Origin: an uncultured Gammaproteobacteria bacterium
GTDB lineage: Bacteria; Patescibacteriota; Microgenomatia; Levybacterales; GWA1-39-11
Length of the DNA: 61,323 bases
Direction of reading: 5' to 3'
NCBI GenBank assembly: GCA_964485575.1
Contig: CAZAJO010000007.1
Location: forward strand, 1-61,323
A program made the position numbers and the translations under genes. Below the pieces are notes generated by a model, which did no database searches, was not told the origin of the DNA, and worked only from the letters and a program-made list of their open reading frames with translations. Shown here in pieces: positions 25,951 through 35,031 of this stretch. Each line of letters begins with the position of its first letter. Positions within the stretch are counted from its first letter, which is position 1.

Positions 25951-26697
25951 TCAAGAGTTTCCGCCCTTTTTCCATGGGGCGCTTTGTAATACAACTCCAT
26001 ACACATCTGTTGTTGGGTCAATATCAAGAAGTTCCAGTTCCTCCTCAGATGGATTACGGTCCTGAAATTGGACAAACGGAATATCAGTGATAATTGCAAA
26101 TGGAGTTTGGTTTGCTCCTTCACCCATGACAACAACTGCTCCAGCAGATATCCCATCCATCACACCAACTTGAGTCATTTTCAAAATTCTCCCAAAGATG
26201 TCAGGGGTTCCAACCTGATTGTTGAGTGCTAAAAAACCACTATGTGCTATTCCAATTCCAGTTATGCCATAGCGAAGTGGTGTGGTTTTACTATCAGTTA
26301 TAAGTACTCCAATATTTTTTAAATCATGTTTTTGTACAAGATGTTCCCTTATTCTGTTGGCGCTTTCTTGAGGATCTTTCGGCCATAGAACATAACCTTC
26401 TTTAGTATTAGATTCATCGATACCTGCATTGACTGCCAAGACATTATTTTTCAAAGTTACTGTTACGTGAAATGTATTTGTTTCTTTCGGAAGATAATAA
26501 TCTGCTTGAGATATGACAAGCTCTTCCTTTTCAATTGATCCAATAGGAACTGTGTTCCCTTCGCAAATAGCAATTATCTTACTTGTTACAACAAGAATAG
26601 AATTTTCTGAAAGAGTTGGTACATATTGGTCAATAATTTTTAAAATGTCTTTGTCTTCGCGAGTTATCTTGTGGGTTTTTACAGTTACAATATTCAT
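25951..26697 (-). CDS. CofE-like (F420-0:gamma-glutamyl ligase family) protein
   Basis: 248 aa. VVTSKIIAICEG, VNAGIDESN, GVLITDSKTTPLRYGITGIGIAHSG, and GR.L..T.V...D.I...A..VMGEG....P.AII match CofE family blocks. Confidence 0.75.
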   Translation of the reverse strand: MNIVTVKTHKITREDKDILKIIDQYVPTLSENSILVVTSKIIAICEGNTVPIGSIEKEELVISQADYYLPKETNTFHVTVTLKNNVLAVNAGIDESNTKEGYVLWPKDPQESANRIREHLVQKHDLKNIGVLITDSKTTPLRYGITGIGIAHSGFLALNNQVGTPDIFGRILKMTQVGVMDGISAGAVVVMGEGANQTPFAIITDIPFVQFQDRNPSEEELELLDIDPTTDVYGVVLQSAPWKKGGNS

Positions 26698-26709
26698 ACT
26701 CGGATTGTA

Positions 26710-27813
26710 TCAAAATCGTGGGACTAATATTTTTTTTGTATCGATAAGACCATACTTATCCAGTATCGTTGAAAGGATTGGGGATTTGGTAGCGTACAGT
26801 AATTTTCTCGGATATTTTTCGGCACGCAAATTCTCAATTTCATGGTATCCCAATAAATAGCACGCGTCTTTTGGAAATCCTCCTGGACGGGATGTGTCAG
26901 TCATGCCTCTTTTGACCCGGTATGTCATGATGAAAGCCCGTTGTGGATTTAGATTTTCAAGTAATAACTCATATATCTCAGAAAAACTTTTATGCAGATT
27001 TCTGACAGCCTTTATTCTGTAGTAGTACATCTCAAAAGCACTGGGAGTAATTTTTCGGGTAGTTATTTCATTATATATAGCAAGTCCCTCCCCATACAGA
27101 TTTTGGTTCCCATATTTCGTAAATTCAGCAAGGGCAGTATGGGAGTTTTTTGTGTTCTCAGTCTGAAGGACATGAGATTCAATCTCGTGTACGACAAGCC
27201 TATCAACATTGCACTCAAATCTTTTTATCTCGCTACCTATATTAATAAGATTGTATCCAACATTGATCATGTGGGGGGCAAAATCATTAACATTAATCTT
27301 AAAACTATCAATATTATATCTGGCTAGCGTTTTTTCAAATCTTTTCTTTATATCTTCTGCATTCTTTAATTCATGTTTTATATGTAATTTAAATTCCACA
27401 TTTGGAGTATTTGTGAGAAGTAAGTCAAGTCTATCTGTTCCCCAATCAAAAAGGTTATGAACATTCTCTGAGAATTCTTCCTGCCCAACAGATAATTTAG
27501 TTTTATAAAGTTCTATCTGATCGTCTAGAAATTCCAGAACGTGCTGCTTTAAATCCCCTGGAATTTCGAGTGCATCAACCCTTAATTTATAATCATCAAT
27601 TTCAGAAGCAAAATCGGGAAGATCTTGGGTTCTATATACGAATTGCGGATTATATGATGGGTCTGCAAAAAACTTTTCTTTTTCCTCGGCATAATTTAAC
27701 GGGGTGAGAGATGTGTTTCCAAGGCGCAGGGTTTTTTTAATTGTTATGATTTCCTTTGCTATAGTTTCTAATTTTTCAAGATCGGAAATAGAATGCTTAT
27801 TTGATGATTTCAT
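26710..27813 (-). CDS. DUF1704 / QEGLA-motif metallopeptidase-like protein (MATCAP-type carboxypeptidase family)
   Basis: 367 aa with an HExxxH-type site VVHEIESHVLQ and a downstream GEGLAIYNE (QEGLA-like) motif. Confidence 0.7.
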   Translation of the reverse strand: MKSSNKHSISDLEKLETIAKEIITIKKTLRLGNTSLTPLNYAEEKEKFFADPSYNPQFVYRTQDLPDFASEIDDYKLRVDALEIPGDLKQHVLEFLDDQIELYKTKLSVGQEEFSENVHNLFDWGTDRLDLLLTNTPNVEFKLHIKHELKNAEDIKKRFEKTLARYNIDSFKINVNDFAPHMINVGYNLINIGSEIKRFECNVDRLVVHEIESHVLQTENTKNSHTALAEFTKYGNQNLYGEGLAIYNEITTRKITPSAFEMYYYRIKAVRNLHKSFSEIYELLLENLNPQRAFIMTYRVKRGMTDTSRPGGFPKDACYLLGYHEIENLRAEKYPRKLLYATKSPILSTILDKYGLIDTKKILVPRF

Positions 27814-28163
27814 GAACTCCTATGTTATCATCGACAGCCTATATTGTCTAATTACCGCAGGACAGTTACGGAGCAAATTGTAGGCTGTAGTGGGCAGGTT
27901 GTAGGTTGTAACAAATTGAACAAAATCTAGTTTCGAAACAAGTGTTCAATATAAGTAGAAATTGCATAAACACATTTGCATTTTGGGTGATAAAAACCCG
28001 CAAAAAATAATTTTTTTGTTGATTTTAAGTTTTACATTTGAAGTTTTAAGTTTAGAAGCTTGCGGAAATATAATTACCGCAATGACAATTTTTTAAAGTA
28101 GATCATAATATGTCAGGGTTTGGGAGCTTGTATGCGTAGTGTTAGATGCATATAATTAGTAAC

Positions 28164-29726
28164 ATGCAGTTGAATAAATTCTCAGAGAATCTCATTCATC
28201 TATTTGAGAAAGCAAAAGAGGTTCCTATTGAGAGTGCCAACATAGTAAATCCATTAGTCAGTGAGCTCGCGTCGTGGTATGAGAAATTTAGGAACTCTAT
28301 AGAGTACCGGGATGAGGAAGTGATATTGCGGGCATCAATAGAAAGAATTCTGAAAAGACGACTTGCTCTCGGAGGTAGTGGTGCCACAGCTGCAAAGCCC
28401 CTTTTAAAAGAACTTGTATGGGCACGTTATTTTCCAGAGAGTCTATACACAGAAGAGACAATAAGCAGCATAGAAAAGATCATCAACTTTTATCTGCAGT
28501 TAAAAGTTGAAGTGGTAAAAAATCATATTCTGAAGGAAGGGGAGATGCGTCATCTCATGTTTCAACTGATGTCTTCAGATGTTGAGCAAACCCTTCATCC
28601 AAACAGAGTAGAAGAGGCGGTTGGTAATTATATCTTTTACGTTTTACAAAATAACATAACCATTGAAGAGGGCATGGAAGAGGAGAGGGATGTACAGTTA
28701 TTTATTGCCATAAGACGCGCGTATTCAAAAGACGATTTGGCTTTTCTGAGATTCAAATTATACACGCAGTACTTCGGTAAAATGAGCGTCCAAGAAGCTT
28801 CTTCCGTTTCTGAAAGATTTGCTGAAGCCCACCGCCAAATAGAGAGCCAGTTGACCCACCCGGCACGATTTAAAATACTCTCATATGTAAAAAGACAAAT
28901 ACCTCCTTTCCTTATCATCGAAGATATTTTTGCTAGTCACGAGAACATCCGGGAGCTGGCTCAAAACGAAGCAGAACTCAATGAAAGTGTGCTGGCTGCT
29001 TGTAAGAAAAAATACAAGACAATCTCTGAAAAAGTTAGACGTGCAATCATCAGAAGTGTCATATTTATTCTTCTTTCAAAAACTCTTATCGCTTTTGGTA
29101 TCGAAGGAACATATGAAAGGATATTTTTGGGACACATCCAGTGGATGACTTTAGCATTAAATGTTGCGATACCTACTTTATTTATGATAGTCGTTGGGTT
29201 TTCTATTCGTACTCCTGGGGAAAAGAACTCACGGTTAATTTTATCCCGAATACATTCGCTGCTTTTCGATGAGATGCCGAAAGTCGGACGTTCTATTGCA
29301 TTTCCGCTCCCAGATAGTAAAAAGCCAAGGTCAGTTATGGAGTGGATATTTGGTATCCTTTGGGTAGCAGCCTTTCTTTTGAGTTTTGGAGCTGTTTCAT
29401 TGGGACTTTCATTCCTTCACTTTAGCGCAGTAAGTCAAATGATATTCATATTCTTCTTGGCAATTGTCAGCTTTTTAGCATACAGAATCAATATAACTGC
29501 TCATGAGTATAGCGTTGAAAGTAGGCAAGGGATATTAACCCCAATTGTTGACTTTTTCTTCATGCCTATTGCACGAGTTGGGCAATATCTAACTGCTGGA
29601 ATTTCTCAAATAAATATTTTCTTGTTTATTTTAGACTTTATTATCGAAGCACCCTACAAAGGACTCGTTGCGTTCTTTGACCAATGGTTTTTCTTCTTAC
29701 ACTCCAAGAGGGAAGAGATAGGATAG
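28164..29726 (+). CDS. Large hypothetical protein with C-terminal multi-TM region
   Basis: The ORF runs 28146-29726. Start preferred at ATG 28164 because TATAAT (28151-28156) lies 7 nt upstream. There are about 5-6 TM helices in the last 230 aa. Confidence 0.6.
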   Translation: MQLNKFSENLIHLFEKAKEVPIESANIVNPLVSELASWYEKFRNSIEYRDEEVILRASIERILKRRLALGGSGATAAKPLLKELVWARYFPESLYTEETISSIEKIINFYLQLKVEVVKNHILKEGEMRHLMFQLMSSDVEQTLHPNRVEEAVGNYIFYVLQNNITIEEGMEEERDVQLFIAIRRAYSKDDLAFLRFKLYTQYFGKMSVQEASSVSERFAEAHRQIESQLTHPARFKILSYVKRQIPPFLIIEDIFASHENIRELAQNEAELNESVLAACKKKYKTISEKVRRAIIRSVIFILLSKTLIAFGIEGTYERIFLGHIQWMTLALNVAIPTLFMIVVGFSIRTPGEKNSRLILSRIHSLLFDEMPKVGRSIAFPLPDSKKPRSVMEWIFGILWVAAFLLSFGAVSLGLSFLHFSAVSQMIFIFFLAIVSFLAYRINITAHEYSVESRQGILTPIVDFFFMPIARVGQYLTAGISQINIFLFILDFIIEAPYKGLVAFFDQWFFFLHSKREEIG

Positions 29727-29728
29727 GG

Positions 29729-29745
29729 AAGGGTTTAGGGTCTAG
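29729..29745 (+). repeat. 17-mer AAGGGTTTAGGGTCTAG (copy 3 of 3) within a TAG-word spacer
   Basis: The 29-nt convergent spacer 29727-29755 reads GGAAGGGTTTAGGGTCTAGGTTTCAGGTT. Confidence 0.9.
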
Positions 29746-29755
29746 GTTTCAGGTT

Positions 29756-30097
29756 CTAGCTTTTAATATCAAGAAGCTCGACTTCGAAGATTAGATCGGC
29801 AAGGGGTGGGATGACATCTCCGGCACCTTCTTCTCCGTACCCCATTGTATATGGAATATAGAGTTTTCTTTTGCCACCTTTTTTCATACCAGGAACACCT
29901 TTGTCCCAGCCGGCGATGACATGACCGACACCAATTTTTGTTTGGAAGGGTACACCTTTATCAACAGAGCTATCAAACTTTTCTCCATCATCAAACATAC
30001 CAGTGTAGTGTATAACAACAGTATCACCAGATTTTACCTCAGGACCTGTTCCTTCTAAAATTTCTTCAATTTTGAATTCTGAGATTTTTGTTTTCAT
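29756..30097 (-). CDS. FKBP-type peptidyl-prolyl cis-trans isomerase
   Basis: 113 aa. V.IHYTG.F.DG..FDSS...G.PF...IG.G.VI.GWD.G..GMK.GGKR.L.IP...GYG. Confidence 0.9.
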   Translation of the reverse strand: MKTKISEFKIEEILEGTGPEVKSGDTVVIHYTGMFDDGEKFDSSVDKGVPFQTKIGVGHVIAGWDKGVPGMKKGGKRKLYIPYTMGYGEEGAGDVIPPLADLIFEVELLDIKS

Positions 30098-30136
30098 CAG
30101 AAAATTAGTATACAGTATTTCTTGGAGATTTTCCTC

Positions 30137-30427
30137 TTATTTTACTCCTACAAAATCAATGCGGGGGAGGAAGGCGCGGATTTGATCCCAAAATTTATCT
30201 GAAAGTCCGGTCGAAAATTTGGAGTACTGACCTTTATCTTGCTGAGACGTCAATTTCCTTTCATATTCGCGGATAATCTCAACGACTTTTGCACCCTTTT
30301 CATTAAAATCCTTTTTAAAAGATTCTTCGTCGTTGACAAATTTATCATGAACTTCTTTGAAATCGAGCATAGTATCTCGGTGTTCTTCCATCATCTCCAA
30401 AAATAGTTGGCGGTACTTTGCTGACAT
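30137..30427 (-). CDS. Hypothetical protein (96 aa, helical, charged)
   Basis: ORF only; no family recognised. Confidence 0.5.
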   Translation of the reverse strand: MSAKYRQLFLEMMEEHRDTMLDFKEVHDKFVNDEESFKKDFNEKGAKVVEIIREYERKLTSQQDKGQYSKFSTGLSDKFWDQIRAFLPRIDFVGVK

Positions 30428-30490
30428 TGTTTAGGATATATTAAATAGTAAATAGCGATTAGTCAAGGCTATGTGGTAAAATTAGAACTC

Positions 30491-31411
30491 ATGAAATATC
30501 AAATTTTGCTCTGGTATAAATATGTGCCGATTGAAAATCCTGTTCACGAAATGCGGGAACTGAGGCGCTTGTGTGAAGCTCTAAATCTTAAAGGGAGAAT
30601 AATAATTGCGTCAGAGGGAATTAATGGGACAGTGGAAGGGACAATAAAAGACACTGAAAAGTTTATAAAAACGACAGAAAAAGATCCACGTTTTACAGGC
30701 ATTCATTGGAAAAAATCAGAAGGCACTGGTATGGCATTTCCAAAACTTTCGATAAAAGTCAGAGAGGAGATTGTGAGCATGCATCTGCATGAGAACGATA
30801 TAAAACCATGGTCTGTCACGGGAAAATATCTGACTCCTGAAGAGTTACATTCTTGGTTTGAAAATAAGGTGGAATTTTACATAGTGGACATGAGAAATGA
30901 CTACGAGCACCAATCCGGATATTTTGAAGGATCAATATTGCCACCACTCACTAACTACAGAGATCTTCCGAAATTATTACCGATGCTAAAAGATTTGAAA
31001 GATAAAAAGGTCCTCACAGTATGCACTGGAGGAGTGAGGTGCGAGAAAGCATCGGGTTTTTTGGTGAGCAATGGTTTTTCTGACGTGTACCAGTTATATG
31101 GAGGAATAGTGTCATATATGGAGAAGTATCCGAATGAGCACTTTAAAGGTAAGTTATATGTTTTTGATCAAAGAATTCTCATGGGTTTTAATATAACTGA
31201 TCCATCGCATGAGATAGTAGGTAAATGCGAGAAATGCAAAGAAAAATCAGAACACTATATAAATTGTGACACCATAGGATGTCACAGACATTTTATATTA
31301 TGTGAAAAATGCATCGATAAATTCGGACAAATATGTCCGGAAGGTTGTCAATACGCCCGAGCCAAACAGCGGGAAAATCCGGTACACCCAGGGTCAAAAT
31401 CTACTAGTTAA
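30491..31411 (+). CDS. trhO: Rhodanese-domain protein, TrhO/YceA (UPF0176) family
   Basis: Start set at ATG 30491 because the extended -10 TGGTAAAAT ends 8 nt upstream. The N-terminus is YKY..I, the rhodanese loop is CTGGVRCEKA, and the C-terminal tail is Cys-rich. Confidence 0.8.
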   Translation: MKYQILLWYKYVPIENPVHEMRELRRLCEALNLKGRIIIASEGINGTVEGTIKDTEKFIKTTEKDPRFTGIHWKKSEGTGMAFPKLSIKVREEIVSMHLHENDIKPWSVTGKYLTPEELHSWFENKVEFYIVDMRNDYEHQSGYFEGSILPPLTNYRDLPKLLPMLKDLKDKKVLTVCTGGVRCEKASGFLVSNGFSDVYQLYGGIVSYMEKYPNEHFKGKLYVFDQRILMGFNITDPSHEIVGKCEKCKEKSEHYINCDTIGCHRHFILCEKCIDKFGQICPEGCQYARAKQRENPVHPGSKSTS

Positions 31412-31435
31412 TAGTTGCTAGCTGTTAGTTTTCTT

Positions 31436-32722
31436 ATGTCAAAAAAGCTTCTATCATTATTTCCGGCTTTCGGAGAAAGAAATTATAGATATTATTTTTT
31501 GGGACAACTCATCTCGCAAATAGGTACATGGCTACAAATTGTTGCTCAGGGTTGGCTAGTTCTACAACTAACAAATTCAGCATTTCTTATCGGTCTTGTA
31601 GCAGCTGCAGCAACTCTCCCTTCGTTATTATTTTCTCTTTTTGGAGGAGTTATTGTTGATAGGTTTGATAAAAAAATGACGATTGTTGCGACTCAGACAG
31701 CTTCGATGGTTCTTGCCCTTCTTCTGGGAGTACTAACAGTTTTTAGAATCGTAAATGTTTGGGAAATTATGCTCATATCATTCCTTTTGGGAATTGTCAA
31801 CGCAGTTGATATGCCCGCTCGTCAAGCTTTTGTGAGCGAGATGGTGCCACCCGGGAAAGTTCCGTCAGCGATAGCACTTAACGCAGGAATTTTTAATTCT
31901 GCACGCGTTGTTGGTCCGTCAGTTGCAGGAATTCTGATAGCTGTCGTAGGAACTGGTGGAGCTTTTCTTCTCAATGGAGCAAGCTACATAGCTGCAATAA
32001 TCGTTCAGTTTTTGATCATCCCGATACTTGTCCCAAAACCAAAACATCCCCATCCTTTCACTGCAATAAAGCAAGGAGTTGCCTACACATGGACGCATCC
32101 GGTAATACGATCACTTGTAATTTTGACAGCTGTTGTAAGTGTTTTTGGGTGGTCGTATACAACCATCATGCCTTATGTTGCTGACAAAATATTTCATCAA
32201 GGAGCGGCAGGACTTGGGTATTTATATGCAGCAGCAGGAGCAGGGGCTTTGGTTGCTACATTTGTTGTGTCGGGGTTTGGAAGTAAATTTGCATCATCAG
32301 TATTTATCAATGGAGGAATACTTTTATATGCAGTAACAATGATCTTTTTCTCATACACATCAAATATTTGGATAGCATACCTGACGTTATTTTTAGGAGG
32401 GTTTGGATTGTTGTCGGCATTTTCTATCATAAATGCGCGGATTCAACATTTAGTAGAACCCCATTTTAGGGGTCGGGTGTTAAGTATTTATCTTTTAATG
32501 TTTGTTGGGCTTTTTCCCGTCGGTAACCTTCAGATCGGTATACTCACAGAGCAATTTGGACCCCAGATAGCTATTCGCACCGGTTCTGTGATAGTTTTTG
32601 TTGCTGCAATTGTTGGGTATCTTTTGAAAGGAAAAATTATTTCTTCCCACGCCGAGTACTTAACAAAGCGTGAGATTGAAGCAGGTACGCAAGAAGTGAT
32701 AGTAGACACTAGAAAAAGTTAA
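31436..32722 (+). CDS. MFS transporter
   Basis: About 12 TM helices and the MFS motif GG.IVDRFDKK. Start set at ATG 31436 (MSKKLLSLFPAF...). Confidence 0.8.
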   Translation: MSKKLLSLFPAFGERNYRYYFLGQLISQIGTWLQIVAQGWLVLQLTNSAFLIGLVAAAATLPSLLFSLFGGVIVDRFDKKMTIVATQTASMVLALLLGVLTVFRIVNVWEIMLISFLLGIVNAVDMPARQAFVSEMVPPGKVPSAIALNAGIFNSARVVGPSVAGILIAVVGTGGAFLLNGASYIAAIIVQFLIIPILVPKPKHPHPFTAIKQGVAYTWTHPVIRSLVILTAVVSVFGWSYTTIMPYVADKIFHQGAAGLGYLYAAAGAGALVATFVVSGFGSKFASSVFINGGILLYAVTMIFFSYTSNIWIAYLTLFLGGFGLLSAFSIINARIQHLVEPHFRGRVLSIYLLMFVGLFPVGNLQIGILTEQFGPQIAIRTGSVIVFVAAIVGYLLKGKIISSHAEYLTKREIEAGTQEVIVDTRKS

Positions 32723-32880
32723 GTGATTTGTGTAGAATTATTTTGACACTATAAATCAAGAGGAGGAGTAGAGTATTGGCTCGTTGATCCCTCCAGCAAC
32801 CCTGAGGAAACTTGAAGGGTGCTACACCCAACCCTATTAAGGGAAGGATTAGTCCTAAGCTATACGCCAAGGAAAAATAA

Positions 32881-32906
32881 AACCTCTCTTTTAGGGAGGT
32901 TTTTTT
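32881..32906 (+). terminator. Intrinsic terminator 22 nt upstream of the next start codon
   Basis: AACCTCTCT-ttt-AGGGAGGTT followed by TTTTTT. The SD GGAAGGTGG and ATG 32928 follow. Confidence 0.65.
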
Positions 32907-32927
32907 GTGGGAAGGTGGTGAATAAAT

Positions 32928-33158
32928 ATGTCAGAATTTGATACACATAGTCAAAAAGGTGCACCTTTTGCCGGTGCTGCAAGAGATGATGAATCCTTTG
33001 TTAGAAAACTTAATGATCTTTCAGTTTGTGGTTTTGTTGATGTCGATACTATTAACGAGCGACCTGATGGATCAATATTTTTTGCTGGTTGGATTGTTAG
33101 AGAAGGTCCAACAGAAATAGCCAAACCAGAAGGGTGGCAGTTTTTTGTAAAAAAGTAG
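32928..33158 (+). CDS. Hypothetical small protein (76 aa)
   Basis: Good SD (GGAAGGTGG), no recognised family. Confidence 0.45.
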   Translation: MSEFDTHSQKGAPFAGAARDDESFVRKLNDLSVCGFVDVDTINERPDGSIFFAGWIVREGPTEIAKPEGWQFFVKK

Positions 33159-33169
33159 TAAAATCCAAC

Positions 33170-33880
33170 ATGGGCAAGCTTTCAAACGTACGAAGTGATT
33201 TAAAAAAGGCAAGTTCCCCTGAGAAAGCAAAGAAAAGTGCATGGTTTTTTAAAACTGAAAAAGGGCAATATGGGTATGGTGACAAATTTATCGGCGTCAC
33301 AATGCCAGAGCAAAGAATAGTTGCAAAAAAATATCCTGATCTTACTTTAACCGATATTGAAAAACTTCTTGCATCACCAATTCATGAAGAGAGAAGTGTT
33401 TCGCTGATAATATTATGCAAACAATTTGAAAAGGCGGATGATAAAAGACGGGACGAAATATTTGAATTTTATGTTTCGCATTCAAAGTATATAAATAATT
33501 GGGATCTAGTTGATGGATCTGCGTCTAGAATAGTAGGTGAGTATTTACTCGATAAAAAAATTACGCTTCTTATCATGTATGCCAAATCAGGAGATCTGTG
33601 GGAGAAAAGAATCGCTATGATATCAACATTTGCATTCATTTACCATGGAAGAACGAAAGAAACATATTTAATTGCCGACCTCTTGTTAGATGAAAAACAT
33701 GATCTTCTACAAAAAGCAGTTGGTTGGATGCTGCGTGAGACTGGAAAGAGAGTCTCTGAGAAAGAACTAAAGAGTTATCTAAAAAAGAACTACAAAAAAA
33801 TGGGGAGGACAGCACTGAGATATTCTATAGAACATTTTCCCAAAGAAGAAAGAGACAAATACCTCAAGGGTCAGATCTAA
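33170..33880 (+). CDS. DNA alkylation repair protein (AlkD-like HEAT-repeat family)
   Basis: Start at the internal ATG 33170. ...A...FFKT..G.YG.GD.F.GV.MP..R..AK.......NWDLVD......G....... is the family pattern. Confidence 0.8.
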   Translation: MGKLSNVRSDLKKASSPEKAKKSAWFFKTEKGQYGYGDKFIGVTMPEQRIVAKKYPDLTLTDIEKLLASPIHEERSVSLIILCKQFEKADDKRRDEIFEFYVSHSKYINNWDLVDGSASRIVGEYLLDKKITLLIMYAKSGDLWEKRIAMISTFAFIYHGRTKETYLIADLLLDEKHDLLQKAVGWMLRETGKRVSEKELKSYLKKNYKKMGRTALRYSIEHFPKEERDKYLKGQI

Positions 33881-33882
33881 TT

Positions 33883-34509
33883 ATGTACATCCATTTTGAA
33901 AATTGGTCAAATTATATGAGTGGTATCGACAAACGCATACCAAATCAAGGGGAAGTCATAAAAGCGTACGGAACTTTTACTGATCCTCGGGACTTTTTCC
34001 AAGATCCCAATCTTGCGGTAATGGAATTTAGTCATGCCCCCTTTTTGGAAAGCGAGGTTTTTTCTTATGGACAACAACGTGAGGGATACACAGGTGCTAC
34101 ACTTGAGGAAGATTTGTCCAGAGTAACTGAAATGGGACTTCGCTTCCAGCCAGAAATTCCGCTTGATGATATCGCAAAAAAAACAACAAGAGCAATGGTT
34201 CGACTTGCCCATTCGACGGAATTCCCGGCTGCATCTGCTGCAATGTTAGCCCTTGACCCTGATGGAAGGTGGCATTTCAACCATCCCTTCAGTCTTTTCC
34301 ACGGATTTGAAAAACTTACCAGAAAACCAGAGAGGAGTATGGCAATACATTTTGATATCATTTCGCCTAACTCACTAGAACTTCTTGGCAAAGTTTTTGA
34401 TTGGAAGGATCCGGAAAAATTAGTGCCAATAAGAGAGGGTAAAAGACTTCGAGAGGTAGATTTAGGTAGAATATTTCAGGAAGGAAATCCACACGGCAAA
34501 GAACGTTGA
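33883..34509 (+). CDS. Hypothetical protein
   Basis: 208-aa ORF with no family recognised. The start is uncertain (alternative ATG at 33916). Confidence 0.5.
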   Translation: MYIHFENWSNYMSGIDKRIPNQGEVIKAYGTFTDPRDFFQDPNLAVMEFSHAPFLESEVFSYGQQREGYTGATLEEDLSRVTEMGLRFQPEIPLDDIAKKTTRAMVRLAHSTEFPAASAAMLALDPDGRWHFNHPFSLFHGFEKLTRKPERSMAIHFDIISPNSLELLGKVFDWKDPEKLVPIREGKRLREVDLGRIFQEGNPHGKER

Positions 34510-34533
34510 TAAAAAAAGCTATAATAAAAAACA

Positions 34534-35031
34534 ATGAAACAAAGTGATTTTAAAAAATATAAAGTAGGGTTAGTCATAGGGCGTTTTCAACCTTTTCATT
34601 TAGGACACAAATTTCTTATAGAAGAAGCTCTAAAAATTTCAGAAAAAATTATTATTGGTGTTGGAAGTTCAAATAAAAAAAACAAAGACAATCCTTGGTC
34701 TTCCCATGAACGGAGGAAAATGCTTCAGCTATTTGTAGAGCATCATGAATTTGAAAATCGAATTTTGAAAATTGTAAACGCTGATGACTATCCAGATGAT
34801 GATGTATGGTTTGAAAAACTATACAAAAAAACTGGGCCTTTTGATGTAACGCTGGGTAATAATGATTGGAATAACGGCATCATAAAAAGACACGGAATCG
34901 ATGTTATCTACACAGGTATGTTTAAGAGAGAAGAGCTCGAAGGTTATAGAATCCGGAAATTGATGCGTGAGAAAAAACCCTGGAAGGAAAGAGTGCCAGA
35001 GTATCTTTCAGGTGAAATAAGACCTCTTTAG
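34534..35031 (+). CDS. Nicotinamide-nucleotide adenylyltransferase (archaeal-type NMNAT, cytidylyltransferase fold)
   Basis: 165 aa with GRFQPFHLGH near the N-terminus. TATAAT (34520-34525) lies 8 nt before the ATG. Confidence 0.8.
   Translation: MKQSDFKKYKVGLVIGRFQPFHLGHKFLIEEALKISEKIIIGVGSSNKKNKDNPWSSHERRKMLQLFVEHHEFENRILKIVNADDYPDDDVWFEKLYKKTGPFDVTLGNNDWNNGIIKRHGIDVIYTGMFKREELEGYRIRKLMREKKPWKERVPEYLSGEIRPL

Noticed and set aside
27814-28145. The 332-bp divergent spacer with repeats (TAATTACCGCA x2, AAGTTTTA x2, TTGAACA..TGTTCAA, GTAGG-type words), examined as a possible ncRNA or mobile-element remnant.
   Set aside because: I could not build a coherent structure or element boundaries. The repeats are short and AT-rich and are consistent with promoter/UP-element DNA for two divergent genes.
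32755-32906. Fluoride (crcB-motif) riboswitch, considered because of ...AACCCT-hairpin-AGGGTGCTAC.
   Set aside because: It lacks the GAUGG and UGAUG pseudoknot elements I recall for that class. The downstream genes are not crcB or eriC. The region is kept only as an unclassified leader candidate.
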